Source of the DNA: Raillietiella orientalis
Taxonomy: Eukaryota
NCBI GenBank assembly: GCA_036172245.1
Contig: JAYWIR010000012.1
Coordinates: 3,472,001 to 3,536,000 of the forward strand
Reading direction: 5' to 3'
DNA: 64,000 nucleotides
Shown piece after piece: positions 24,521-37,549 of the stretch. The stretch's first letter is position 1. The number at the start of each line of letters is the position of its first letter. A program made the translations under genes and the position numbers. The notes under the pieces were generated by a model that was given only the letters and a program-made list of their open reading frames with translations, did no database searches and was not told where the DNA came from.

Positions 24521-26199
24521 GCCTCGTCTTCCCTCTGATTATTCATAGGATTTGATTGTTTTCCTCCATGCTGTAGCCATGGGACTCCGGCTCGAAAAAA
24601 AAAAAAAAAAAAAAATGTTTTGTTTCATCAGGAGGCGAAATTTCAAACGTTCTGAACTTCTGGGAGCAGAGCTCCTGCAACAACGCTTATTGCACCCCTC
24701 TGTACTTCTGTGGGATCACTGAGAGCTCGTGGATGTCTCTCTGATCTAAGCTGGACCGCTTGCGATGTAGGAACTCGGTTTTCACCGGAACGCGAGCGCC
24801 ACGGACGAAGGGAAAAATAGAAAAAGGAAAAAAGCGATCTTTATGGAGAACACCGTCGAAGAACATCATCGCGAGGAAAGGCATGGGTGGACGAACGTCT
24901 CACTGCAAGGGGAAAAGAACTGAAAGTATCGCTGCCGAGAGTAAAACTAAATAAATAAAATTTACGGGAAATGTCGCCGCCCAGATGGAGCGACTGCCGG
25001 AAATGTTAATGCCGTGAAAAAATAATTTCCGGGAGCGTTGTCGCTGAGAGTCGGTTCAGAGACAGTGGAGTCCTGCGTGTGGGGTGCCGATGCCTAGAGG
25101 AAGGTTTCAGTGACTACGCAAGGAACATTCTTGCGCGTCTTTCGGAGCGCAAGGAGGTTTCGAGCGGAGCCGCTGCCGCCGTCCTGCTCTTCCTCCCTCT
25201 CTCCTTGCGAAAGTCGCTCAGAGCAAACCCGGATTTCTTCCAGCGAGCGGGGCCACCCGTGTACACTGGTCCCTGATAACAAAGTACACGAGGGAAGGGC
25301 CAAGCGGCCTGGGAGGCCGCCAAAGAGCCAACGGATGTGGTGCTCTGACGAGCAGCAGGAACACTTCTTGCAAGGAAACAGCAGCAGCAGCAGCAGGCGC
25401 GTTGCAGGAAGACATGCGACTTGACGGAAACGCGGTCGAACGCGACGGGAGCAGTAAATGAAGATGATTTATTGACTCAATGATGAACCAGCGGAGCACA
25501 CAGAGGAGGCAGAACAAAAAACAGAGGAGAGGAACACACTGTGAACGGCCATACGTCTTCACATTAGAGAGGTTCCGCGAGATCTATCGCTTCCGTGTCC
25601 CGAATCATCACGGACCGAAGGACAATCCATCTCAATCAAAGCCGGGAGGATGATTCGGGTTCGCCTCGGCCTTTTGAGGAAGAGAGAGGTCTCCCCCCTT
25701 TCGTCCTGAATGGCGCCTTCAGTCCCGGCGTTCGCGCATCCCCTTCCTGCTCTTCCTTCGCACGTGCTCTTCGACAGCTGCTCATCCCTCGGCGCAGCCT
25801 CTCAGATGCGCATCCCTCCGTTGCGATGCTCTCTCGCTCCCGCGAATTTTCGAAAATCGATCGCTCCCGACTCGTTTGTTTCCCGTCGGACGACGGACGC
25901 GTTCGCTGCCCGGCCTGTCTCTCCGTGCACGCAGTCGACAGTCAGCTGCGCGTCCCGGGCGACGCGTCCGTCGTCCTTCGTTCCTCGCCGAAGCGCGCGG
26001 TGGTTCTGCTCCGGGCACCAGGGCGGCACTGGCGCGCAGAGCCGATCCGACGGCAACTCCTCCGGAAAGCGGACGATTCCAGGGGGGATCCGCTTCTCCC
26101 TGGTTTCTTCCCTCCTTTGAAGGAGGAGCGGTGGGGGAGTCGACCCAGCCACCCACCCATCCACGCTACCGGGACGGCGCTGTCGGAAAAACGATCCCG

Positions 26200-27750
26200 T
26201 GTGCGTTGTTGAACTCTTCAGCGTCTTCTCGATGGCGACACGATGATATGATGGAGGGAACTGCAAGGCAGGTGTTGGAGTTTGCACGACTTCGAAATTT
26301 CTGGAAGTTGATCCAGCTGAGCGATGTGGGTGGGTACGGCGAAGACGCGGTCGTACCGCACTCTCTTGATAGACGGAGAAGGGCAAAGGAACTCCAGGGA
26401 CGGCCATGTGGGAGTCGTCGGAACTACGGTTTCGGAGGTACATCCCTCCCTTCCCGCTCTCCAGGAGCTCCGCGGACGCTCTCGGATCCCCAGGAACTCG
26501 CCGATAAAAGGGTGCAAACCGCGCATGTTAATCTCGTTGCGGAAGATCAGGGGGAGACGCGAGAAATTTCGGAAAAGCCTTTCTTTGAGATTGCGATCGT
26601 CCTCTCTCCTTCCTCCTCGTCTTTTCCTCCTCCTCCCCTTTCATCCCTTCTCCCTCCTACCCATTCTCTTCCCTCTCTCCTTCCTCTTCTATTCCTCCTT
26701 GTCCTTTGTCTTCTTCCTTCGTCTTCCTTCCTTCTCCTCCTCCTCTTCACTTCCTCTTCCCTTCTTCCTCCTCCCCCTTCCTTCCTCTTCTTCCTCCCTC
26801 GTATTCTTTCCTTTCCCCCTTCTACCCCTTTCTTCCTCCTTCTCTGCCGCCTCGACCAAAGGGGATCCCTCGCTTTCGGCATGCCCATCCGTTCGCAAGC
26901 CTAGCAACCCATAAAAAAGAAAGAATCTATCTCCGGAAGAGCCTTGAACTTTGGTATGAAGTTCGCTTGAGTTTCCTCCGGAAGAGCCTCTTCCGGGAAA
27001 GTTCCCAGGAGTTCCTCAGCTTAGACTTCCCTGCGAGATTTGTCGGGAGAGACCGGAGGCGAGGAAAGGCCGTTTGTTTCCTCGAAGTAAAGAGGACCTC
27101 TGGGGCAGCGGTCCAAGCGGGAGCGAAGGATCCTCGTGGTGGTGGAGGGACTGCTGCGCAGGGACGAATCCCCGACCGCTCGCGACAAGCACCGCCGGAG
27201 GTGAGGCAGGGACAAAGGGCGCCTGCGGAGAGGGGTGTTCCGGAGAAGCTCCCGGAAACAGGGGTGAAGGAGGGGGGGAGGGCGGTGTTTGAGGAGGAAA
27301 AACGAAAAAAGAGACAGCCGCTCCGGCGCGTGGGAGCAGCTGCCAGACTCCCGTCCGAAACGGTGCGGCCGTGGGGACGGGAACGGCGGCTCCCGGCGCC
27401 TCCGCCTCTCCTCGAAGATCGCGGAGGAGGGAACAACAACAAAAAAAAAAAAACAGGGACGGAACGTCGCAATGTTCCAGAAGCCGATTGCGGAAGGAAG
27501 CTCCCCGGACGCGGAAGGCATTCCGAAATGGGGGAGGAGGAAGGAGGGAAGAGAAGGGGGAGGGAGGCGCAGCCATTTTCGAGCGATGATTTGTGGGCGT
27601 CCGGCTGGGAGGAATTCGATCGAGCGCGCCGGGCGCAAACGAGCCGCTCCTTCGGGAAAGTTCGGAGGGAGGACACCCCGAGATTTTCGGCGGCGACCCA
27701 CCACCACCGTCTGTTCTCGAGGTGTTTGTGGTGGTGGTGGTGGCAAGTGG
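26200..27750 (-). mobile_element. Decayed Jockey-like LINE (RT and post-RT region), interrupted by a homopyrimidine tract
   Basis: SGIRPCAAVPP (~GVPQG..LxP), RKQTAF (~ADDTA), LRNSWELSRKRLFRRKLKRTSYQSSRLF, then VYQESAVRPRL...NFEVVQTPTPALQFPPSYHR (~LY...IRP.L...LQVVQN..LR....PxY.R). Confidence 0.5.
26600..26845 (+). repeat. Long degenerate (CCT/CTT)n homopyrimidine tract
   Basis: About 245 bp of almost exclusively C and T. Confidence 0.85.
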
Positions 27751-29899
27751 GGTGGGGGAAGCTGGGATCGACCCGCAGAGTCAGCAGGAAGGGAAGGAAG
27801 GCGCGTCCCTGAGTGTTCCCCGAAAGCCGTGAGGAAAAACACCGAAACGCCCGGATACCGTCCCCAGACCCTTGGCGCCACAGAGCCAAGGAGAGTCGCG
27901 GGGGCGGCGGCTCTCCCAGAAGGGTTGGCTACGGAAGAAGCGGTTTGCTGCGCCCGGACGGATGTGAATGGCGGGAGGGAGGAAGGGAAGGAGGTATCTC
28001 CCTCAAGTAGGTGGGGGAGGAGAATGCGCCACGACAGAGGGCCTGGCCGCATTTGCGCGCGTCCGAGAGAGCGCCAGGGGCTGCGGGTGGGGGTGGTGAA
28101 CCGCCCTCTCTTGGGAGGGAGTTCCACCGGCGGGTCGATATCGCCCCCTCCCTTTCTTTCCTTTCCTCTCCCACCGCTTGGGCGCTGCTGCCGCGTCGAT
28201 CCAGCGGGGGCGGCGGGAGGCGTGCAGGCGCTCCCTTGGGACTTCTTGGCGACCGCGCAGAAATCTGGGGCGCCGCCGGAGATGGGCACGTGCACTCCTC
28301 CACTTCCTCTTCCTTTCTCTGTGGGCTGCCAATGGGCGGCGCGCTCGCGAGCGTGGCTGCCGAAATCTCCCCTCCCGTCCCGCTCCCCTTCCACGCGGGT
28401 TGACGGGAAGCACGGACGAGGGAACAGAGTGGGGAACCCGCCTCCCTCCCGTTCAGCGCGACCGAGGAAGGACGTCGTGGTCCCCGGAGACGACCCGACG
28501 ACGACGGTGCCGATCGCTCCCAGGCTGAAAACTCGCGCGAAACTTGGCGCTGCAGCGCCGTTCCCGGCGGGAGCGCGTCCCGGCAGGCTAGGGGAGGAGG
28601 AGGATCCGGCTGCCGAGTTCGCGGAAGCGACGCTGCTTCTGTGTTCGTCTCGAAGACGCGCGCGCAGGCGCCGTTGCCAGACGCATCAGCCCCGCGACGT
28701 GGGGTGGAAAGGGTGGGGTGGGTAGGTAGGAGGCCCACCCATGAGGTGTCGAACGGAGCTTCCGAGGGAGGTGGATCCGAAGCGGCCATCGAAAAGAAAA
28801 GGCGGCAGAGAGGGAAGGATGGAGGAGAAGGAAGCTGGACGCTCTTCCGCCCCTCCGGCGATCTCCTGCGCAAACACACGAGGGATGGGCGGACGCGGTT
28901 CCGCCGGCGTCTTCGCGCACGCCCACTGGCGGAGCATCCGTGTGTGCGCATCTCTCTCTCTGTTCCCCTCCTCCCTCCCTCCTTGACTGATGCGAGTTCT
29001 GTGTCGTATCGATTCGATCCTCGCCCTGCCTCCCTCCCCGCCTCACAGACGTCGGCGTCTCCCCTCTGCACCGGGTCTCCTGACACCTGATTAATACGCC
29101 GACGGGATACTGCAGCAGCAGCAGCAGCAGCAGAGAGAGGCCCTGGAGAGACGCCCGGCCGAAATGTCCGGGGAGCGAATGAAAGCTTGCGATGATGGTA
29201 CTTTCCTTCTCCTTCGCACACCCCTCTTCTTTCTCCGCCTCCCCCCTTCTCTTCTTCCAGTGCTCACGCGCGCGCCTGAATTTCGCACATCGCGAATTTC
29301 CTCGTCTTCAAATGAACTTCGCTCTCTTCCCCTATCATCTCGTGTTATGAGTGGGTGGGGGATGTTGGGTGGAGGAGAGAGTGCTGTGGAAGACGGAGTC
29401 CGCGCGAACAGTCCAGGCATCCCGTTCCCGCCACGCTTCCCATCCCATCACCGGCACCACTTCACTTTTCCTTTCTCGTTCGTCCGCGCGTCGTCCTTCG
29501 CTCCGCCGCCGCGTTCCCACAGAGGATCGGTCGCTCCCCCTCCTTTAGCAGCCCGTCCCTCCCTGCCACTCGAGCACGCACGCGCGGCCAGGTACGCCGC
29601 ATTGGGGGGAACGGAGGCCGCCGGGATGGGCGCGCATGCGCCATGCGACCTCCCTTTTCCCGTCGGCCGTCCGGCAGGTGCTTTCCCGGTATTCTTCTCC
29701 CCGGACGACCCTGGGTCTGGGTTGGCGCACGCGAGGTCACGATCTCTCCTCCTCATTCTCCCCTCTTTCTCCAATCCACCACCCCTTCCTCCCGAACGAA
29801 GCTTCGCCGAGCGAACCGGCTTGCTTTCGTACCCCACGCTAAGCAGATAGCGACAGCGCCCATCCGCCCTTCGTTAAAGCTTACAGGGCGCGTCAATGG

Positions 29900-30870
29900 G
29901 ATTCGCCTGCTGCTACCCGGTGGCGGAACGGAATGTGCCGTCTCATTGGTGAGTGAACCACAAGTTTGGTGCTCGTTGGCGCCCGTGTCAAGCTATCCGC
30001 CGGCGCTTTCTGTGCCTCCTCCTCCCCCCCTCCACGTATACCCTCGGGTGGTTCGGCACTAGAAGGGCCGCTCGCATGCTCGTTTGCCTCCCCCTCCCCC
30101 CGCAGGGGAACGCCCCGGGCGTACCCGGGTGACAACCCCCCACATGGGAAGCTGCCTTGCGCACGGGCAGTATCGTAGGCGAGGAAGGCGACTGAGCCGC
30201 GATTATTGCTAGTTGAAGACTTTCCCCCCACAGGGGAAGGGCGGAAATCATACGAGGGTCTTGGACAAAATCGAGAAAAAGAGTTTTTCCGACTTTTCAC
30301 AGGGTACCCATCCTGCATTTCAGGAAACCATGGCGACGTGAACATCTCGGGTTTCCGAACGCAGAACAGTTGTGACAAGGGCACGATCACAGGAGGGACC
30401 CCCAAAAAAAAAACAAAAAGGGGGGGAGAGACACGATGTGGATGCGTCCGTGGCGCCTCCCTCCGCTTCCGCGCTCGAAAAGAGGGAGGGGGTTAGCGTG
30501 TAACGAAGACGGACGCATCCCTGTCGAGTCCGCTCCGTAAGGCGGCCCCCTCCCTGCGAAAAAAAGACGTCCCTTGGTGCGGCGGGAGAGTTCCCGGTCG
30601 TCGACAAACCGCAAAACCACCACCACCTCACTTCTTTTCCCACCCTCCTCATTTTTTCTAGTCTCCGGAGGAGCTCGCGACTAGAGGGATGCGCGTGAAA
30701 TCCTCCGTCGGCCCCGCGGGAGGGTGGGGAGAAGGGGGAGGGGGTAACTTCACGCGCATCGGCAGGTTCGGCTTCACGAAATATCCGCGATGTGCTCTCA
30801 TCGCTGCCAACGCCGAGTCAACGCGCCTCTCCCTTCCCAACGAACTGCACAGCGACCTCAGGAACACACA
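29900..30870 (-). mobile_element. Decayed Jockey-like RT fragment
   Basis: ALAAMRAHRGYF (~FNA.L..GYFP), EMQDGYPVKSR (~Q.GFR..RS) and VAFLAYDTARAQGSFPCGGL (~A.FLD..KAFD.V.H.GL), in order on the - strand. Confidence 0.4.
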
Positions 30871-31489
30871 TAGGCGTGGCGCTCGTATCGGCGCCGCATA
30901 CCGCGATGTTTGGAGTCTCCACCGTGAAAAACAGGAACCGTAGGTCCAAGTAAAGACACAGGATACGTGTCGCCTCCAGGGAGGTCCGACCTATCCGCAT
31001 TCCCTCTGCGCGGTCGCCAGGATCGCCCGTCGCTCTGCAGGTCGTGGAAGAGAGGAACGCGGAAAGTCCACGGAGTCGTTTTCCGCCTCCTGTTGACTTT
31101 TTCGCCGTGTCGGTTGGCTCACGAGCATTTTCGTGACGCCCTCCGAGAAAAAGTCACCGCTTTCTGTGTCCAAACTCGCCCCCGGAGTCGTTTCCTCGCG
31201 CCAGCCGCGCACCCGTCTTGCAATCCACGGCAGCTGCCTGCGCACTCCCAGGCCACCAAGTGAGCGCGCAGCTCCTTCTGCCTGACCACAGTTGCGTTTC
31301 TTCCTCTTCACAACCTGATCGGAGGCTTTTGACGTCCCCCTTCCCCCTTCTCCTGTACAGCTGCCTCTCTGATTCGCTCTCACCTCGCCCGCAAGTTCAC
31401 TAAACCCACTTCAGTCTGTCCCAACCAGATATCCCTGTAGTCTCCCGGGCGACGTGGAACGAAATTTTTCACCCGGTCATGCCTGGGCG

Positions 31490-34400
31490 TTTATTTTATG
31501 GAAAAGAAACCAGGTGGAAACTTGTGTTCCCAACCGACGACTACAGGAAACAAAGGGGAGGGTCCACCGGCACGCCGGGATGACAGAGAGTCCGGAACGG
31601 AGGAGAGACAAGAAGACAACAAAAATAAACTGGGTGGGAAGGGGTAGGGATCTTTGGTATCGCTCCGCGTGCACCGGGATCAAAACAAAAAGCATCAGGA
31701 AAGTTACGGAGCCATTGGGGATGGGGAACCGGAAAATAAAATAAAATAAAGGGAGGGAGGGGACAAGGATCACCGGGACCGCCTTTCCAAGCCGTCCATC
31801 AACCGGCGGTGATGCCGGTGATCCCCTCCTTGGCTTCCTCTTCCAGGTGAGGCCACCTTGATGTAGGCGGCTGCCATCCTGGTGACCTTTCTTCGCTGCG
31901 TGGTGATTTGCAGCACCAGTCGGGCCCCAACTATGGCACGGATGCAATCCATGGTTGCGATCACCACGCCAGTCGAGAGTCCTTCCGGCGCGAAGAACCA
32001 CCGCAGCACGTCTCGGGCGGTGTCCTGGTGCAGGAGTGCTGCTGCCAGACTCCGCCACAGTTCCTGGAGGGCACCGCAATCCAAAAGCAGGTGCGGGATC
32101 GACTCCGCCGTCCCGCACCTCGCACAGTTCGGGGACGCAACCTCTCCGGAAACTTGATCCCGTCGCTCGTTGCACTGGAATCTCCAGTGGATGAAGGAAA
32201 GCAGCACGTCTGCTTCCAGACGAAGGGGAACAGCGAACCTTCCACACAGTGGGGAGGGAGCACAAGTTCTTCGTGGGAAACACTCAAAAGTTCGCCCTAC
32301 CGAACGAGTCCCGTCGCCACAGAACGCAAAGTGGCAGCACCCACCAGCTCGCGCGTCTTCCAGCCGCCGAGAAGTTTCGTTTTTCCCGCGATGGTGCAGG
32401 AAATCTCCCACCTCGCCGGTTGGCTACTGTCGTCTCGGCCTGAGGGCAGACGTCGCTGCGGCGGGGTAAAACGAAATGGTCCACAGCACCGTCCACAGCA
32501 ATCTCTTCGTTCTCCTCCGAGAGTGCTTGGCTTTTTTTGTTTTTGTTTTTTCGGTTGCCGCTTGCAATTCGATCACTTTGGACAGCATGCAAAGCCTTCC
32601 GACTCAGGCATCTGTGCGTCTCGCGGGCCTCCTGCCCTGCGGCGTTGATTGACGACGAAGCGCGCACCGGAGAAAGAGATGCTTTTGCGTCCAGCACGAT
32701 CGCGGCTACTACGAGTCTTCTTCATTGCTTTCCATGGTTTTCTCAATTATGAGAAATTCTTCTTCTTCTCGTTTTTCTATCGTCTGCAGTGATGCTTTTC
32801 CACCCATTACACGATGCACGGAATTCTTCCGTCGCGCCGCTCTCCAGCAGGAAATTTGACCCATTGCTGCGCGCGCCATGCTCAACTTGAATCACCTCGA
32901 TTCGAAGGTCTCTTCAGCCTCCTGACTATCGCTTTTGCTCTTTCTTCTTCTTTTTTCCCCCCTCCATTTCCAAGATCCGCAGAGTGCTTGGTTTCGGAAC
33001 CGGTTTCGCGCACAGCTTCCTTAAGCGCAGGTGGCTCCTGGTGACCTGGACGATTCAGGCTCCTTGTTGGACGTGTTGTCTGGGAGACGTCTCCTCTTTG
33101 GCCACCGGAAAAAGCATTTGGATGCTGGAAACGATCGTGGATTCGACACTCCCGAAGTCCTCCCCGTGCCGTTCTGCAACGAGAGCTTCACCAGTTTCAT
33201 CCCCGTCATTCTTTTTATTTTTGTTAACAGCCAAAACTCGTATTGACCGATTCCTTACTAGCAAAGCCGTCATTGACTTCGTTTATCTCATGATTACTAT
33301 CATTATTCCTATCCAGCTTCTTACCATCGGCCTTATTACCCTAATCAACAATCAACCAGCAGTCACCCTTACGGCTGCTATTGAATTAAACATAGAGTAA
33401 GGCAGATAAGTCCGGCTATTACATGGAGACCGAGGAAGTCTGTTGTCCCCGTACTCTTCGCTTCACTCCCAAAGGGGCCGCAGGGTATGACAGACAGAAA
33501 GAGCTGCAAAGAGAGCGTGGACGACATAATGCTGATCCACAGTTGGTGGCTGTAAATCCACCAAGCGCGTTTTTCCAAGGCGCACACGATCCGACAGCAC
33601 CCGGAACGCTAGCACAGACGGTCGGAGTCTGGGTTGTCATCTTCCGGAAAGGGGCGCAACTCGCTTTCTTTACGTGCGCGCGTTTGCCACTTTTTTCTAA
33701 AAAAAATGAAATGAAATGAAATGAAAATGAAACAAAACAAAAATAAAGCAAATACTACGTGAAAGCCTCTTGGTGAAACAAGAATGATAGTCCAAAGAAA
33801 TTTTCAATTAATCTCGGATGCACGCGCGCCCACATATACACGATGTGTCTTTGCGAGTACTTCGTGAGTTCAGAATTCTCAAAATATCATCCGGCATTTT
33901 TTTTTTTAACGTCGGCAGTGCAAAAGTGCATTGGCATCCCTGCGCGTGCAGCTCGGAGATTTTTTTTGGTCGCCGCGTCGGTGCTTCGAGCGAGGGGGAG
34001 GAGTCCCAGGCTGCCACTTCTGGTCGGAACGTCTCAGACGGAACGCCCGCGCGGAAGCGACGTCTCCTCCTGGATGCTGCGAGAAAGCGGGCCAGCGGGG
34101 AAACACCCAAAGCGAGAGTTGATCGATCGCATGCGGCAGAGGGCGTTCCCGAATCCCAGGGAGGGACGGGAGAGGAACGCAGCGCACCTCTGCTGCTTAC
34201 CGGAAGTGTCGAGATCTGCCCGGAAGCATTTGGTCGTCCGCAGGCCCTCCCCTCTTGTTGCCCCCACCTGAGACCGAGGGTTCCTGAAGTAGGGGGACGA
34301 GCCCCAAAACACCACTCTTCTCCGGCAGTTCAATACGGCCCGATAGAAAAGAAAAAAAAAAAAAGGATGGTGATGGATCCTCGATAGGTTGTGCACTAGC

Positions 34401-35550
34401 ACGGATCCTGGACGCCAAGCAGACTCCGCTTCGGGTGGAGCACCGAGTCGGAGAAAGGGAGAGGAGAGGAGCGCGCCGCGGCGAGAGCGGACGTTCGGCG
34501 CTCCGGTCGACCCGAAGGTGGCGGCCGGTCGCTCCGGTCGCGACCCACCGCTGCGCCCCTCCCCAGCCACCGCAGAGCCACCGCAAACGCGAAATCTCGA
34601 GGGCCGTCTCTACACGCGATCGCACTGGTGCCCCTGCGCTCTGCAACAGCAGCTGCGTGCTCCTACCTGACCTATCCACCCCATAGGGGTGCAGTCATGA
34701 TTTCCGTGCAGGTGGATCGACCCGACGGTTGCCTTCCCTGTTCCGAGCTTCGTGCCCGGGAGGAATGGTGGAAAGGGACCAATAAGCTCGCAGATGGCAG
34801 CCAATCTTAGCTTTCGATCTCGGACCATCCTCCTCGAGATACTGTACCTCTCCTCCTCCTCGTCGTCCCTTCCTCCCTTCCTCCTCCCCTCTCCCTCTGC
34901 TCTTCAGGAAGCGACTGCACCACGCACCCACCCACGCTGCCGAGTCCTTTCAACGAATCGTCTCTCACTCCCCACCACTCGCAAACGCTCCTGAGGCTGA
35001 CCGAGAGTCAGCCAAGGCATCTGGCGGCGAAGGTGGGGACAAGGTCGGCTCGCCGCCTCGCGCCAGGATGCAACTCTGAGAGGACAGTTTAGCGTCTGTG
35101 GGGGAGGGGGAGCAGTTGACTCACGCGGCGCACCGCAAAGCGCTCTCGCAATGACATCCTCGCCGAGGAACCGTGGCTGCTTGGCAAAGTCGGCGGCGAA
35201 GCCGAAACCACGCGCGTCTCCGAGGCAGGTGGTTTCCTTTTTGACTCATGGCGAGGCGCAGGATTCCCTGCGCGAGGAGGAGGAGGCGGGGGGGGGAAGG
35301 ATCGCTGCTGCGGTCACCCCTCCTTCACCCTCCCCCCCCTCCTGCCTCGGTGGGCACCCTTCTGTTGCACCTCGCGGTCGTCCATGACGTCGGCTGAGCA
35401 ACACGTGTCCAAGAGGTCCCATTGCTGGGGAACCGGTTAGTCGGTTGCTGCTTCGGAGGGCGGCGCGCGGTTTTCTCGAGGACTCTTCCTGCTCCTCCGG
35501 CAGACGTGCGGCGACCCGACATGGGGTCACCGCTCGACACATAGCAATCA
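31490..35550 (-). mobile_element. Decayed near-full-length L1/Tx1-clade non-LTR retrotransposon
   Basis: Intact zf-RVT-type CCHC motif CARCGTAESIPHLLLDC (32076-32126). Upstream, in the expected order: APE-like KLRLAAI...HGNHDCT..DRSG, HLRVDR, PFSD (34.4-34.8 kb); AGVPSETF, KKMPDDILRILNSR (33.85-34.05 kb); CAPFRKM, ALEK...SHQLWISIM, LSALLYV (33.4-33.7 kb); KLSLQ..GR (~33.2 kb). AATAAA on the - strand at 31490-31495. Confidence 0.7.
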
Positions 35551-35847
35551 CTTTATTTAACTCATTAACATTCGAACATTAAATATTAATTTTTAATTCA
35601 TTTTACTCTGATACAAAAGGTAGTTAATTTTAATATTTTATTACTATTTACTTAAATCCTTTTCATTAGGAGGGAGAGGAGAGAAGGTGGGATCGGGTGG
35701 GGGGGAAGAGAGAGAGTGAGAGAGAAAAGTAGGCCGCCCGCGTATTCGAGCCGAGCGTGCCCTAGGCACCACCCGTGCAGCGGCGGCGGCGGGGGAGGAA
35801 ACCGCTACGTCCCCCGGGCAGCTTCTGACGCCCCCTGTCTCCCCCAG

Positions 35848-35998
35848 CGACGAGCACGAAGCGGCGGCGGTTGTGTCGGATCCCGAAGACAGGAGGAGGA
35901 GGCGGGGGGAGCAGCCGCAGAGGAACCAGGACGCCGAGCTCACCTACGTGCCTACTTCGATGTGTTTGAAGCCCTCGTCGTCTTTGGACCGCCACGAG
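35848..35998 (+). CDS. mAChR-A: mAChR-A coding exon 2 (ICL3; S-DEHEAAAVVSDPED...TYVPTSMCL...RHE)
   Basis: The acceptor ccccctgtctcccccag|C completes AG+C=Ser, giving SRKSNSSDE, as recalled for arthropod mAChR-A. A TYVPTSM motif is present. The exon is 151 nt and ends in phase 0 at GAG|GTCAGT (35999). The preceding intron is 18823-35847 (17,025 nt). Confidence 0.85.
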
Positions 35999-36375
35999 GT
36001 CAGTAGCCCCACCCCCGCGCACACAGGGACCGAACAGGAAGGAGAGGGGGGGAGCACGCGCGCGCGCCAGCGGTTCCCGGATCCCTCCCTCCGCGCCCTC
36101 TTCGCCTTCCCGATTATCCCCTTCCTTTTTTCCTCCTCCTCCTCGTCTTCCTTCCTGGAGAGGGAGGGAGCGTGATCCTCTCCCTCCCCAGAGCGCCGCG
36201 CGTCCATCGTTCTCCCTGCCCCTTCCCGATCTCTCCGGGGAGAGAGGCTCCTCGCTGCCGCCTTCCTTTCCCCGAGGGACAGTTCGACAGCGGCGACCCC
36301 TGGCCAACTCCCGGGGGCAGCGCGAGAGCTTCCTCCATTCCCCACCCTATCTTTGCTCGTCTCTTCCCCCTACAG

Positions 36376-37458
36376 GCCAGGAACCTTGGCTGGTGGCGCC
36401 GGATCTTCGGAAGGAGGCTCTCCAGGGCCCGCAAGGGAGGGTCGCTGCGAGTCATGGCGTCCAACTCCTTCGCCTCCAACGACCTGCGCTGCAACACGAG
36501 CTCCTCTGCCTTCGGCGGGGGCGGCACCCCTGCGACGTCCGTCTACTCCCGCTGGACGTCCCTGAGCTTCATCCGGGACATGCTGGGGGGAGGTCACCAC
36601 CCTGTGCCCAAGTCCAGGTCGGACAGCAGCCTCCCGCTGTCGGAGCGGCTGCTGAGGAGGAACGAGACGCTGACAGCGAGGATCGGGGAGCGCCTGGCGT
36701 CCGGCGGCACTCCGCAGGCTCAGCACCGGCCCCGGTCGGGGTCATCGGACTCGGTGTACACCATCCTCATCAGGCTGCCCAACGGGGGCGCACACCGCTC
36801 CCCGTCCATCAAGATGATAGAGGGCGGGGACCAGCTGCCCTCGGAGGCCCTCACGGGAGGCGGGGCGCGCGTCCCGGTCCCCAGGAGGAACCCAGCCTCG
36901 GCGCCCTCCTCCCCGGGGCACCGCTGCCCGTCCGCCTCCTCCTCCGCCCACTTCCCGGAGGCGGCGGCGGCGGCGGTCTCGTCCCGCATCCCTTTGGACG
37001 CCAAGATCATCCCCAAGCAGCTGGCCAAGGCGTGCGCGGGAGGAGGAGGCGTCGCGGCGGCCGCAGCCGGAGGCACCCCTGCGGCCGCGGCCGCCGCAGC
37101 AGCCGCAGCGGCGGCCGCTGCCGCCGCCTCCACCGGAGGCAAGAAGAAGAAGAAGAAGTCGCAGGAGAAGAAGCAGGACCGGAAGGCAGCCAAGACACTG
37201 TCGGCGATCCTGCTGGCGTTCATCATCACGTGGACCCCGTACAACGTGCTGGTGCTGCTGAAAACGCTGCTCAAGTGCGACAACGACTCCGACTGCATCC
37301 CGGATGACTTCTGGAGCTTCTCCTACTACCTCTGCTACATCAACAGCACGGTCAACCCCGTCTGCTACGCACTCTGCAACACCTCCTTCCGCCGCACCTA
37401 CATGCGCATCCTCACCTGCAAATGGAGGAACCGCAACCGCGTCCCGGTGAAGAGGTGA
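36376..37458 (+). CDS. mAChR-A: mAChR-A coding exon 3 (rest of ICL3, TM6, TM7, helix 8); spliced product about 707 aa
   Basis: In-frame phase-0 acceptor ctcttccccctacag|GCC at 36375/36376. Encodes [47 protein letters not shown] and [19 protein letters not shown]. The AAxTLS motif in TM6 is the M1/M3/M5-type (Gq) signature. Stop is TGA at 37456-37458. Confidence 0.92.
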   Translation, partial: ARNLGWWRRIFGRRLSRARKGGSLRVMASNSFASNDLRCNTSSSAFGGGGTPATSVYSRWTSLSFIRDMLGGGHHPVPKSRSDSSLPLSERLLRRNETLTARIGERLASGGTPQAQHRPRSGSSDSVYTILIRLPNGGAHRSPSIKMIEGGDQLPSEALTGGGARVPVPRRNPASAPSSPGHRCPSASSSAHFPEAAAAAVSSRIPLDAKIIPKQLAKACAGGGGVAAAAAGGTPAAAAAAAAAAAAAAAASTGGKKKKKKSQEKKQDRKAAKTLSAILLAFIITWTPYNVLVLLKTLLKCDNDSDCIPDDFWSFSYYLCYINSTVNPVCYALCNTSFRRTYMRILTCKWRNRNRVPVKR

Positions 37459-37549
37459 GTTGCAGGGCGGGACGGGAGGAAGGCGGCCCTTCCTTCCGGC
37501 GCGCGGGGACGGGTGGGGTGGGAGAGGCAACCCTACGCCTTTTCCGCAG

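Noticed and set aside
36172..36375. N-terminal part of the 428-aa ORF as coding sequence
   Set aside because: It lies upstream of the in-frame acceptor at 36375 and is most simply intron 2 (35999-36375).
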